Source of the DNA: Candidatus Bipolaricaulota bacterium
GTDB lineage: Bacteria > Bipolaricaulota > Bipolaricaulia > M55B111
Length of the DNA stretch: 64,000 nt
NCBI GenBank assembly: GCA_018400715.1
Contig: JAGYME010000006.1
Location: 611 to 64,610, forward strand
Reading direction: 5' to 3'
The position numbers were made by a program, and so were the translations under genes. Shown piece by piece: positions 1-9,468 of the stretch (positions within the stretch are counted from its first letter, which is position 1; each line of letters opens with the position of its first letter). The notes under the pieces are model-generated. The model made no database searches, had not been told where the DNA came from, and worked only from the letters and a program-made list of their open reading frames with translations.

Positions 1-473
1 TCTTCTTCGTACTTAACTGGAGGGTAACTATAACTTTCTCCTCCGTTTATACTGAATTTTGGCAACCTTCCAGGCAATTTCATTGGAACTTCCCTTGAAT
101 CTTCCGCCGTCTTGTCTTCTTTTAAAACCATAAAGACCGGGCGTTCTTCCTCTTTCCTCTCGACAAATCCCACGATCTTCCGGTACCAATTTGCATTTAA
201 TTCCGTCGATTCCGGCACCGGCCCCTTCAGAGAAAGACCTCCAATGGACTGATCCGTTTTGTTCCGGGCCACCAGCAAGTACTCCAGGGTATCACCGGGA
301 GCTACCTTCGGGGGCTCATCACCCGCTTCGAGGGGCTTTAATACCTCTTCACCATCCGACTCTTCCACCAGAAAACCTTTTAGCTTGACATCTACAGGCT
401 CTGCCCCGACAAAGTTGAATAAGAAGGTAATACCTACCATTATTATTAAGATAATACCTGTGAGTTTTCTCAT
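1..473 (-). CDS. secreted hypothetical protein, N-terminal 157 aa only (gene runs off window start); DUF11-like repeat-domain signature
   Basis: Not in the supplied ORF track because there is no stop in the window. Hand translation of the minus strand from ATG 473..471 is open to position 1: MRKLTGIILIIMVGITFLFNFVGAEPVDVKLKGF...PGDTLEYLLVARNKTDQSIGGLSLKGPVPESTE... GGAGG (plus-strand cctcc 481-485) lies 7 nt upstream. The N-terminus is signal-like. Confidence 0.55.
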   Translation of the reverse strand, partial: MRKLTGIILIIMVGITFLFNFVGAEPVDVKLKGFLVEESDGEEVLKPLEAGDEPPKVAPGDTLEYLLVARNKTDQSIGGLSLKGPVPESTELNANWYRKIVGFVERKEEERPVFMVLKEDKTAEDSREVPMKLPGRLPKFSINGGESYSYPPVKYEE

Positions 474-732
474 CCTTTTACCTCCTCTCTAGCCAAACAG
501 ACCGACTTTTACGCATACATAAAAGGCAATTTATATTATACGAATGTGACAAAGTAAAGCAAACCAGTGAGTATCTTTCATGAAAAGGTATCGGACCATT
601 CTGCACTGGTAGCTAGGTTGCTGCGTGCTAAGTGGGTGAGGGGGAATATTACCACCTTCAATCCAGCGAACTTCTGTCTTCTGATAATAAGTATACAGAC
701 ATCTAGCACCTAAAGCTTTTTCACCAAAACTT

Positions 733-772
733 GCCGAGGAAGCCCCAGGGCACCCCCTGGGGAGGAATCGGC
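733..772. other. extended GC-rich hairpin in the long kdp upstream region (5-bp stem, 5x5 all-purine internal loop, 8-bp stem, 4-nt loop), followed by a T5 run on the plus strand
   Basis: GCCGA-GGAAG-CCCCAGGG-cacc-CCCTGGGG-AGGAA-TCGGC read directly; TGGTTTTTG follows at 773-781. Function unknown. Confidence 0.3.
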
Positions 773-1138
773 TGGTTTTTGTCCAGCAGTCGATTCGGAA
801 CTGTAGTCGTATTTGCACCGAATTATTAAAGAGCAGGGCGAATTGACTTCAACCGGAAGTAAAATTTTTGGAAGAGGGGAAACGCATATTTGCAGGAGAC
901 AAGCAAACTTTGATTACCGTAAAAGAATATGGATTTACATTAGAACGTATAAGTAGAATAAAAACGGACTTTCCTTTACCATGAGATGATATGGACGGAA
1001 AATACGATGAAATAGACAGAGGGATACTTTACAGGATCGGTTATGCTCCTGGGTTGGAGTTGAAACTTTTGGACAATAAAGCGTTTTTAAAATAGAATAC
1101 TGAAAAGCCACCTTTATGAAACCTGGATGGAGGTAAGA

Positions 1139-1225
1139 ATGGCCGGAGATATTTTGTTAGCAGTAGTGGCCGGTTTCGTCTTTCTCTACCTTGTCTACGT
1201 CCTGATTTACCCGGAGAGGTTCTAG
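1139..1225 (+). CDS. kdpF: K+-transporting ATPase small subunit KdpF (28 aa)
   Basis: Below the ORF-track cutoff. ATG 1139, translation MAGDILLAVVAGFVFLYLVYVLIYPERF, stop TAG 1223-1225, one nt before the kdpA ATG. GGAGG lies upstream. Single TM helix and the usual kdpF position. Confidence 0.65.
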   Translation: MAGDILLAVVAGFVFLYLVYVLIYPERF

Positions 1226-1226
1226 C

Positions 1227-2963
1227 ATGTTTTTTGGCGTAGTAGTTCCGTTGATACTGTTCTTTCTGGCTCTCGGGGTTTTTACCTATTTACTGGGAGA
1301 GTACCTTGGCTGGTCCTTTCGGGCGGAGATAGGGGTAGAGGAGGAATTTCCTTCGGCTTTCCACTACTTGGAAAAATACATCGAGCGTCCGATACTTAAG
1401 CCAATCGAGCGGACGATATTCCGGCTGGCCGGAGTCGATCCCGATACCTCGATGAACTGGAAAACGTATCTTTTCAGCGCCCTTCTGCTAAATTTTATCC
1501 TCTTTCTCTTGCTTTACCTGATATTCCTGTTTCAGGGTGGTCTACCGCTAAACCCCGCGGATATCGGCAACCTCGACTGGGACCTGGCTTTCCATAATGC
1601 GGCAACTTTTGTATCCAATACGAACCAGCAACATTATGCCGGCGAGGCCCAGCTTTCTTATTTCTCTCAACTGGGTGCCGTTCTACTTGCCATGTTCGTC
1701 TCTGCTGCCACTGGGATGGGGCTTCTTGTTGGATTTGCTAAAGGTTTGACCAACTCCGAGGATCCCCGCCTGGGCAACTTCTACGTCGCTTTCGTCAAGT
1801 CCCTCACCAGGTTTTTACTTCCTATAAGCTTCATTTTGGCTATCTTTCTGATAAGCCAGGGGGTGCCGCAGACATTCTCCGGACCGGCAACAGTTACGAC
1901 ACTGGAGGGGGCGACGCAGACTATCGCCCGTGGACCCGTAGCCGTGGTGGAAGCGATAAAGATGTGGGGCACGAACGGCGGCGGTTTCTTCGCCGCTAAC
2001 GCAGCTCATCCATTCGAGAACCCGACACCGTTTACCAATATGGTATTAAACTTAGCCCTTTTACTGGGAACAATCTCCAATTTTTACGCCTTCGGTATCT
2101 GGGTGAAAAAGAGAAAACACGGTCTGGTCCTCGTTGGAGCCGTATCCACAATCGTTATACTGCTTTTATTGGTTGCTCTTGCGGGTGAACTAGGAGGGAA
2201 TCCCGGTCTGGACGGTCTGGGTATCGATCAAAGCCTGGGCAATATGGAGGGCAAAGAAGTTCGCTTTGGTTCTATGCTCAGTACGCTATGGGGGGTATCA
2301 ACCACCTCTACCACCTCTGGTTCAGTGAACTCCATGCACGATAGCTTCACAGCACTGGGCGGTCTGGCTCTCTTGTTAGGGATGAGCCTGAACTCACTCT
2401 TTGCGGGAGTAGGGACCGGGGTATTAAACCTCCTGACTTACGTATTTTTGGCAAGCTTTATTGGAGCCCTGATGATCGGTCGGGCACCAGGCTATCTCGG
2501 GAAAAGGCTCGAATCGGACGAGATAAAGCTGGCCGCAATCATCATACTCCTGCTTCCGACTTTGGTACTTTTTCCAACCGGGATAGCGGTCGTAACTAAA
2601 TTCGGCAAGGACGCCATATCAAACCCGGGGTTTCACGGGTTCAGCCAGGTCATCTACGAGTTCTTCTCGGCGGCCGCCAACAACGGTTCCGGGTTTGAAG
2701 GGCTTAAAGACAATACGGTTTTCTACAACGTCTCAGCCGGATCGGTTATATTACTGGCGCGATATATACCCCTGGTTCTTCAGATGATGATCGCGGACTC
2801 GCTGGCAAAAAAGAAGATAAGGCCGGAAAGCGAAGGAACTTTGAAGGTTGAAAACCTGCCCTTCCTGGTCTTATTAGTAGTCATTATGGTGGTAATTGGC
2901 GGGCTGGTATTTATCCCAGCAATATCACTCGGCCCGATTGCCGAATTTCTTTCCCTGTGGTGA
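1227..2963 (+). CDS. kdpA: K+-transporting ATPase subunit A (channel-like subunit)
   Basis: 578-aa polytopic membrane protein with KdpA-typical segments (NTNQQHY, GTNGGGF, AAANNGSGFEG). Sits first in the kdpFABC order. Confidence 0.93.
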   Translation: MFFGVVVPLILFFLALGVFTYLLGEYLGWSFRAEIGVEEEFPSAFHYLEKYIERPILKPIERTIFRLAGVDPDTSMNWKTYLFSALLLNFILFLLLYLIFLFQGGLPLNPADIGNLDWDLAFHNAATFVSNTNQQHYAGEAQLSYFSQLGAVLLAMFVSAATGMGLLVGFAKGLTNSEDPRLGNFYVAFVKSLTRFLLPISFILAIFLISQGVPQTFSGPATVTTLEGATQTIARGPVAVVEAIKMWGTNGGGFFAANAAHPFENPTPFTNMVLNLALLLGTISNFYAFGIWVKKRKHGLVLVGAVSTIVILLLLVALAGELGGNPGLDGLGIDQSLGNMEGKEVRFGSMLSTLWGVSTTSTTSGSVNSMHDSFTALGGLALLLGMSLNSLFAGVGTGVLNLLTYVFLASFIGALMIGRAPGYLGKRLESDEIKLAAIIILLLPTLVLFPTGIAVVTKFGKDAISNPGFHGFSQVIYEFFSAAANNGSGFEGLKDNTVFYNVSAGSVILLARYIPLVLQMMIADSLAKKKIRPESEGTLKVENLPFLVLLVVIMVVIGGLVFIPAISLGPIAEFLSLW

Positions 2964-2971
2964 TATAGAAA

Positions 2972-4999
2972 ATGAGTAGAGAACAAGTATATCAGGCACT
3001 GGTTGATGCGATAAAGAAGCTCAACCCGGGTTACCTGATAAAAAACCCCGTAATATTCGTAACCGAGCTCAGCACGGTACTGATTATTGCCGTAACTATC
3101 GCTCCCCAGTTCTTCGGTGGAGCACAGGGAAGATGGTACTACTCTGCGATCTCTGCCGTGCTGGTATTTACCGTCGTCTTCGCGACTTTCGCCGAGTCGC
3201 TGGCGGAGGCTCAGGGCGAAGCTCATGCGGAAAGCCTCAGGGCAATGAAGGAAGAGGTAACCGGGAATCGCCTCCGAGAGGACAAACCGCTGGAAGAAAT
3301 AACCGAAGAGGACCTGGAAGAGGTGAGTTCCGAGGAGATAGAAAAAGGAGACCTGGTCTACGTAGAAGAAGGAGACATGATACCCCGGGACGGATCCATA
3401 GTCGAGGGGTCGGCTTCGATAGACGAGTCGGCTATTACAGGGGAGTCCGAGCCGGTAATTCGCCAGAGTGGCGGTGACAAAAGTTCTGTCACAGGCGGGA
3501 CTGAAGTGCTAAGCGACAACTTGAAGATCGAGATAACCGCTGCTGCAGGAGAGTCTTTCCTGGACGAGATGATCGGACTGGTGGAGACTGCCAGCCGGGA
3601 AAAGACACCAAACGAAATCTCACTTACGTTGCTTCTCGCAAGTTTTACCTTCATTTATATGCTGGTCGTGACTACCCTTACTTTCTTCGGCAATTACGTA
3701 CACCTGAACGTAGAGGTAGCGGATCAGATCGCCCTGCTGATCGGGCTTATGCCCACAACGGTAGGGGCTTTGCTCTCCGCAATAAGGATAGCGGGAATGA
3801 CAAGAGTTACTAGAGACAACGTCATAGCGAAATCCGGCAAGGCCGTGGAATCAGCAGGAGACCTGGACGTGCTCATTCTTGACAAGACGGGAACCATTAC
3901 AACCGGGGAAAGGACGGCAACCGAGTTTATTCCCATTGGCTCTTCAGATAATTCAAGTGCGGCAAAAGCAGCTTTTCAATCCTCCTTTTACGACGAGACG
4001 ACCGAAGGTAGATCAATCGTCGCGCTGGCCGAGCACGAGGGCGAAGAAGTCAGCGAGGATAAACTGCCGGAGGAGGGATTCACCGAGTTTAGCGCCGAAA
4101 CCGGCATGAGCGGAATAGATCTGGATGATGGCACCGAGATCAGGAAGGGTTCCATCGACGCAATCGAGGAATACGCTGATTCGGTGCCGGGAGAACTGGA
4201 TGATAAAGCAGACGAGATAGCTGACTCCGGAGGTACTCCACTTGGGCTGGCTGTTGATGGTAAGGTGGTTGGCTTAATTGAGCTTCAGGATGAGTTAAAG
4301 ACGGGTATCGAGGAAAGAATTGCCGAGATCAAGAAGATGGGGATTAAGACAGTAATGTGTACCGGGGATAACGAAAGAACGGCCCGATATATTGCCGAAC
4401 AGGCCGGACTGGACGAATACTATGCCGAATTCCAGCCGGAGGAGAAGATTGGCTTAGTCGAGGAGGAAAAGGCGAAGGGACACATGGTTGGGATGACCGG
4501 AGACGGGACGAACGACGCTCCGGCCTTGGCGAAAGCGGACGTTGGTTTAGCCATGAACGCAGGTACAGCTGCCGCGAAGGAAGCTGGAAACATGGTGGAT
4601 ATGGATTCCGATCCCACTAAGTTGATAGAAGTAGTCGGTATCGGCAAACAGCTGTTGATGACCAGGGGGTCCCTGACGACTTTCAGCATAGCCAACGATA
4701 TTTCCCGGTATTTCGCCCTTGTACCGGCGTTATTTTCCGCAAGCATTCCGGCACTAGGTAAGATGAACCTGATGAACCTCCATTCATTACAGAGCGTGGT
4801 TATATCTTCACTTATATACAACAGTTTGATCATACCGTTTCTAGTTCCTTTGGCGATGCGCGGAGTTGAATATAAGCCAGTTAGCGCTTCTCAATTGTTA
4901 ACCAGAAACTTGTTTCTTTACGGAGGTAGTGGGCTGGTAGTACCCTTCCTGAGCATAAAACTGATAGACATGTTATTGGTAGCGGTGGGGGTGTTTTAA
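2972..4999 (+). CDS. kdpB: K+-transporting P-type ATPase subunit B
   Basis: P-type ATPase motifs [11 protein letters not shown] and [10 protein letters not shown]. Size (675 aa) and neighbours fit KdpB. Confidence 0.95.
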   Translation: MSREQVYQALVDAIKKLNPGYLIKNPVIFVTELSTVLIIAVTIAPQFFGGAQGRWYYSAISAVLVFTVVFATFAESLAEAQGEAHAESLRAMKEEVTGNRLREDKPLEEITEEDLEEVSSEEIEKGDLVYVEEGDMIPRDGSIVEGSASIDESAITGESEPVIRQSGGDKSSVTGGTEVLSDNLKIEITAAAGESFLDEMIGLVETASREKTPNEISLTLLLASFTFIYMLVVTTLTFFGNYVHLNVEVADQIALLIGLMPTTVGALLSAIRIAGMTRVTRDNVIAKSGKAVESAGDLDVLILDKTGTITTGERTATEFIPIGSSDNSSAAKAAFQSSFYDETTEGRSIVALAEHEGEEVSEDKLPEEGFTEFSAETGMSGIDLDDGTEIRKGSIDAIEEYADSVPGELDDKADEIADSGGTPLGLAVDGKVVGLIELQDELKTGIEERIAEIKKMGIKTVMCTGDNERTARYIAEQAGLDEYYAEFQPEEKIGLVEEEKAKGHMVGMTGDGTNDAPALAKADVGLAMNAGTAAAKEAGNMVDMDSDPTKLIEVVGIGKQLLMTRGSLTTFSIANDISRYFALVPALFSASIPALGKMNLMNLHSLQSVVISSLIYNSLIIPFLVPLAMRGVEYKPVSASQLLTRNLFLYGGSGLVVPFLSIKLIDMLLVAVGVF

Positions 5000-5644
5000 G
5001 TGGCTGAAGAAGAACCGAAAGAAGAAACAGAAGAAACTTCTCTTCCCGAGGCCGATTCGGTAAGTATCACCAAATCGTTTTCAACCGGCTTCAGGTTATT
5101 GATTATTGCTATTGCGTTGACCAGCGTGCTATACACCCTTGCTGCTACAGGAATCGGTAACCTGATCTGGAGTGGAGCAGCGGGAGGAAATCTAGTCAAA
5201 CAAGAAGGTAAAGTTATTGGCTCAAAGATGATCGGTCAAAAGTTTACGTCGGAGAAATATTTCCAGCCCAGACCTTCCTCGAAAGGATACGACGGGATGG
5301 ATTCGGGAAGTGCCAACCTGGCACCGACAAACGATCGGATTGCTGAGAGAGCTAAATCTATACTCAATGACCTCCACGAAGAGGGTATAGAGCCAGAAGA
5401 GGTACCTGTTAGCTTCGTGACCGAGTCCGGGTCCTCTCTCGATCCTCATATTCGACCGGCGTCCGCTTATCTTCAGGTGCCCCGAGTTTCAAGGATCACA
5501 GGGATATCGGAGGACAGGTTGATGGAGCTAATAAACATAAAGACCGAGGGTAAATTCCTCGGTCTTTATGGACAGAAGAGGGTTAATCTCCTATCGTTGA
5601 ATCTGAAAGTCGAAAAAATTTTGAGGTCAAAAAGCAATGAATGA
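5000..5644 (+). CDS. kdpC: K+-transporting ATPase subunit C
   Basis: GTG start abutting the kdpB stop. One N-terminal TM helix, then KdpC-like segments (GSKMIGQKF, YFQPRPS, SGSSLDPHI). Confidence 0.88.
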   Translation: MAEEEPKEETEETSLPEADSVSITKSFSTGFRLLIIAIALTSVLYTLAATGIGNLIWSGAAGGNLVKQEGKVIGSKMIGQKFTSEKYFQPRPSSKGYDGMDSGSANLAPTNDRIAERAKSILNDLHEEGIEPEEVPVSFVTESGSSLDPHIRPASAYLQVPRVSRITGISEDRLMELINIKTEGKFLGLYGQKRVNLLSLNLKVEKILRSKSNE

Positions 5645-6542
5645 ACAGGAACAAGAAATAGCTATAGCAGAGTATGATTATGACAACGTAATAATTAGCG
5701 TTGCTAATCCGGATAGCGCAAAACATTTGGTGAAACTTGCCCAGCTAATTACCACTCCGAATGCGACTTTCCATATTATGAACGTAACGCGGGAGAGTTC
5801 ATTTCCCGACCGCGAACGGTCCTGGCGACAGGGTACCGAGCTAGTAATGGATATGACTCACTACGCTCAACGAATCGGGCGAGCAGCCACGCCTCTTGCT
5901 GCTACCTCCAGTTCAATTCCGGGAGCCATAGTCGAAGCTGCCGAGAACGTTGACGCGGGGCTTATAATAATGGGCTGGTTTGGGACCATAACCCCGGTTG
6001 CGGTGAGAAGAAGCTCGGTGGTAAAAAAGGTTTTGCACAAAGCTCCCTGTGACGTTGGGATATTCAAAACCCGTGAAAGTCTGGAAGAGGTCGATAAGGT
6101 TGTAATACCCGTTGGGCCCAACAACCCTAGGCCCAAGCGGCTTGCAGTAATCGATAATTTGCTCAAACAAACTGGTGCAGAGGCGAATTTAATTCATGTC
6201 GTAACTCCCGAATCAGATGAGAAAGCCAATGAAAAGGCCCAAGAACTTTTGGATGAAGTAAAGAGTTTGTTGAAATCTAATGAAGTAACAACGATGATCG
6301 TAAACGCAAGTTCAGTACTTCAGGGGTTGATAAAGGGATCTGAAATAGCTGATATAATAGTTATTGGCCCCGGGAGGGAATGGGTTTTTGACAGGTTTTT
6401 GTTTGGTAGAACAGCGGATAACCTGACAAATAGAGTAAATGCATCGGTGCTGATGTTTAAAGGCAGTGAACACAAGATAATTGCCTGGCCACGGGGCCTA
6501 GTAAAAGCATTGACTGATCTGGTCAAACACCCTTTTAGATAG
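5637..6542 (+). CDS. tandem universal stress protein (two USP domains)
   Basis: 301 aa made of two about 140-aa halves, each ending in a USP-like G..G(x)9 motif (IIMGWFG..; IVIGPGREWVFDRFLFGRTADNL). Overlaps the kdpC stop by 8 nt. Confidence 0.75.
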   Translation: MNEQEQEIAIAEYDYDNVIISVANPDSAKHLVKLAQLITTPNATFHIMNVTRESSFPDRERSWRQGTELVMDMTHYAQRIGRAATPLAATSSSIPGAIVEAAENVDAGLIIMGWFGTITPVAVRRSSVVKKVLHKAPCDVGIFKTRESLEEVDKVVIPVGPNNPRPKRLAVIDNLLKQTGAEANLIHVVTPESDEKANEKAQELLDEVKSLLKSNEVTTMIVNASSVLQGLIKGSEIADIIVIGPGREWVFDRFLFGRTADNLTNRVNASVLMFKGSEHKIIAWPRGLVKALTDLVKHPFR

Positions 6543-6844
6543 AATGTTAACAAATTGGTAACGGTTAAGCAAAGATCGATTTCTCGTATAATTCTTCTGT
6601 TTTTTCTCTGAGCATTTCTGTTACATCAAGTTTTGTTAAACTAGAGCCAACCGTAAAAGTACGATTAAGGTGTAATTCGTTGCACCATGGGTAACCTTCA
6701 GTTAGAGACCATGGGGTAATAACTAATCCCACATAAAAGTGCAAATCGAAGTTTTAACCACAAATCTTTACGAAAATTACCCTTGTTTGAACCCTGAAGT
6801 TACAATAATCTTGTGCCAGACATATCGATCTGAAGGGGTAGGAA

Positions 6845-7098
6845 TGAATACCACACAACAGGATAATCAACAGAAAGATGACAAAAGTTCTGTCTCGGAG
6901 AATCCCGAAAGTTCTGGTGACAAACCTCCGGGGTCGGATTCTAATGCCGAAGTGGAATATGAGGACGAGCGACTACAGAAAAAGATAGAAGAATATATTT
7001 ACAAGAAAATAATCCTGCGGACAAACCCCCCCTACTTTGACAATTCACTAATAAGTGCTAGCCTTGAGAAAACCGAGATCAAATGCTACTCACACTAG
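6845..7098 (+). CDS. small acidic hypothetical protein (84 aa)
   Basis: Internal ATG of ORF 6739..7098, preceded by GAAGGGGTAGG. Low-complexity polar N-terminus and no recognisable family. Overlaps the PiT gene start by 16 nt. Confidence 0.3.
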
Positions 7099-8015
7099 CT
7101 TTTACGGGATCTCTGTTTATGGCGTGGACCATCGGCGCTGACAGCGCTTCACCATCTTTTGGCCCCGTGGTGTCGTCAAAATCAATGGGCGTATTACGAG
7201 CCAGCCTCCTGGCAGGAATCAGCGCATTTCTGGGAGCAATACTTCAGGGCGGGGGAGTAACGGAAACTTTAAGCAGAGGGTTCGTAAAAGGCGTTACTTT
7301 TGATCCTAAATCAGCAGCCATAATACTCTTGATCTCCTCGTCCTTGATTGCAATCGGTATATGGAAACACTACCCGATGCCAACGGCCTACACCCTGGTC
7401 GGAGCTGTTTTGGGCGGGGGGCTCGGACTGGGAGGGGAGCTGAACGTAAGGCAACTTACGTTTGTCTTTTCCTACTGGTTAATTCTGCCAATTGTGGCGG
7501 GCGTTATCGGTTATTTTACTTCTAAACTGCTACGGGCTAAGGTAGAAAAGAACTCGAAAAACAAGAAAATTCTCAAGCCGATTTTAATAGGAGTCGGGTT
7601 GTATACGGCTTATACGGCCGGAGCCGCCAGTGTCGGCCAGGCGGTTGGCCCCTTGCTGAAAACCACTCCTATAACTATGGGTGCGCTTTTAGGGATCGGG
7701 GGAGTTGGGATCCTTATCGGTTCTGTAACCGGTTCACCAAAGATAATTCATGCCGTAGCCAGGGATTATGCCGATATTGGCCCCAGAAGATCGATATCAG
7801 CACTTGTGGGTACGAGCATTTTGGCCCAGGTTGCGTCTATAATCGGAATTCCAATTTCCTTTAACGCAGCGATACTGGGTGGGGTTATCGGCAGTGGGTT
7901 TGCCACTTCGGAACAGAATGTAAGCTTTAATAAAGTGATCAGAACCGGGGTGAGCTGGGTGGTAAGCTTTCTCCTCGCTTTTGGGCTTGTATATCTGATC
8001 GAACTGGCCATCTAG
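7083..8015 (+). CDS. PiT (inorganic phosphate/sulfate transporter, PHO4) family permease, divergent signature motifs
   Basis: 310-aa polytopic protein with a two-fold internal repeat. GADSASPSFGP (N-half) and GAASVGQAVGP (C-half) occupy the positions of the PiT signature GANDVAN..G. Confidence 0.65.
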   Translation: MLLTLAFTGSLFMAWTIGADSASPSFGPVVSSKSMGVLRASLLAGISAFLGAILQGGGVTETLSRGFVKGVTFDPKSAAIILLISSSLIAIGIWKHYPMPTAYTLVGAVLGGGLGLGGELNVRQLTFVFSYWLILPIVAGVIGYFTSKLLRAKVEKNSKNKKILKPILIGVGLYTAYTAGAASVGQAVGPLLKTTPITMGALLGIGGVGILIGSVTGSPKIIHAVARDYADIGPRRSISALVGTSILAQVASIIGIPISFNAAILGGVIGSGFATSEQNVSFNKVIRTGVSWVVSFLLAFGLVYLIELAI

Positions 8016-8166
8016 ACATGGACCGAGCGAGGCAATAAATAATCCATAACCACAAGTTTTATTACAATATTACTCTGTAAGAGTTCGGAGACTTCATCCC
8101 CCCATAACTTTCCAATTACAGAAAATATTCAACTCTTTGAGGGAATTTCCATCCCGGGCAAAATCA

Positions 8167-9405
8167 CTATTGGCATTCCTCGTAGTAAAGTTGAGCCCCC
8201 GAAATGTCAAACCCGGTGTACACTTCGGACAGGTCGAGTTGCGTCTTTATCGAAGAGTTAAATCTCAACCCGCCGTCCATTTCCATGAGGTCTAACCCCA
8301 CCGAGGTATAGTTCGCGTTACTATTTCTGGCATTACACATCATGTAGGGCGTGCTGTAAACAGAGCTGTAATAATAGAACCCGGACCTGTACCAGTCTTC
8401 CCACCCGGAGGTCCTGAGGGATGGTTTTGACTCTCCGTCCACGTAGACTTCCAAGTCCGCTTCCATGAACGAATCGTTTAATTTTGCATTGACGCATGAG
8501 GAGGTCCAGATTAACCAGCCAGCCTTATCCGACAGGTCCAGTATGGGAAAAGTTGTCCAGTCTGACAGAACCTCCTTTCGGGCAAAGTAGGGGACAACTT
8601 GACCTTTTAGCCTGAAGGGGGCCGTAACACCGTCCCGGTGGGTAACCTGGGAATAAATGTAGCCCGGATGATGCGGATTTGTATTCTGAACCTCTATTCT
8701 GATCCCATCAGAACACGGCATGGGAAAGCTCATCACGACATGTGCTTGCCTTCTATTGGCCCAATTGCTGCCCACTGACATATGCCTGGTGCTGTTCAGC
8801 AGAGGTTTTCCCTTGACGGAGAGGTGAGTTGCCCACAACGTACCAATATCAACCTCGAGATCTGGTTCAGTGGAGCGGTCGGTATAGATCCTCAATAACG
8901 CGTCTCTCCCCATACGTGCCTTGCCGTAGGTAGCCATCCATATCGAGGAAACTATACTCTCGCCGCTAAGGTTAGCCAAGACTCTCGTCTCGCGGGGATT
9001 TACTTTTACGTTCTCGAGGGTTTCCATTCTGGTCTTTTCGTATGGCAACCTGAGGGAGTCGCCAAACTGGGCGATTGACATATTTAATACTTTCTGGCCC
9101 TGAGCGTTAAAAGTCTCGGTCGAAGGGTTGTAACTCAACACTAAATCTTTACTTTTCTCAGTCTTCAGCTCGAACACGCCGTCTTCGGGGATAGAGATAC
9201 CTTCCAGGTTCAACTCATCCGGTAACTCGTAGTCATCTACCCCGGTGCCGCCCTCCCCAGCTTTTCCACTAACGATCCCGAGGGCGGCGGCCCCGGCCGC
9301 TGCAAGCTTAAGTAGATTCCTTCTGGATATTCTCACCGACTCTCTTTCGTCAGGTCCGCTTTCGCTCTCAGTCGATCCCTCTTCTTTCCGATTGGAGTCG
9401 TTCAT
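8167..9405 (-). CDS. Tat-secreted DUF2961 / GH172-like glycoside hydrolase
   Basis: Twin-arginine signal SRRNLLKLAAAGAAALG. Segments LLRIYTDRSTEPDLEVDIGTLW, SFPMPCSDGIRIEVQN and VYVDGESKPSLRTSGWEDWY resemble DUF2961 consensus blocks as I remember them. Confidence 0.55.
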   Translation of the reverse strand: MNDSNRKEEGSTESESGPDERESVRISRRNLLKLAAAGAAALGIVSGKAGEGGTGVDDYELPDELNLEGISIPEDGVFELKTEKSKDLVLSYNPSTETFNAQGQKVLNMSIAQFGDSLRLPYEKTRMETLENVKVNPRETRVLANLSGESIVSSIWMATYGKARMGRDALLRIYTDRSTEPDLEVDIGTLWATHLSVKGKPLLNSTRHMSVGSNWANRRQAHVVMSFPMPCSDGIRIEVQNTNPHHPGYIYSQVTHRDGVTAPFRLKGQVVPYFARKEVLSDWTTFPILDLSDKAGWLIWTSSCVNAKLNDSFMEADLEVYVDGESKPSLRTSGWEDWYRSGFYYYSSVYSTPYMMCNARNSNANYTSVGLDLMEMDGGLRFNSSIKTQLDLSEVYTGFDISGAQLYYEECQ

Positions 9406-9468
9406 TTGATATCACCTTGGTTTGAAAGTACAGGCCCTTCAGTAAAATGTCAACTTTACACCCTGGGA

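Noticed and set aside
531-818. 95-aa minus-strand ORF in the kdp upstream region
   Set aside because: The translation (MQIRLQFRIDCWTKTSRFLPRGCPG...) is Cys/Arg/Trp-rich and not protein-like, and it has no SD. It spans the GC hairpin, so the region is better treated as non-coding or structured.
991-1095. 34-codon ORF MDGKYDEIDRGILYRIGYAPGLELKLLDNKAFLK with an Lrp/AsnC-like 'DEIDRxIL' start
   Set aside because: It is too short to be a functional HTH protein and has no SD. At best it is a gene remnant, and sequence alone cannot support that.
840-1138. Possible c-di-AMP (ydaO-type) or other riboswitch in front of kdp
   Set aside because: I looked for the conserved GGGGGACCCA and CCGACAGCUAACC-type blocks and did not find them. 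An Infernal search would be needed before any such call.
3133-3477. Arg/Gly-rich 114-aa ORF inside kdpB (alternate frame), plus similar internal ORFs in kdpA/B
   Set aside because: It is embedded in a confidently identified P-type ATPase gene, and its composition is typical of an off-frame GC-rich translation.
6739-6844. Upstream extension of the small acidic ORF (GTG start at 6739)
   Set aside because: The extension has no SD and an implausible sequence. The internal ATG 6845 with a purine-rich upstream sequence is preferred, and even that gene is low confidence.
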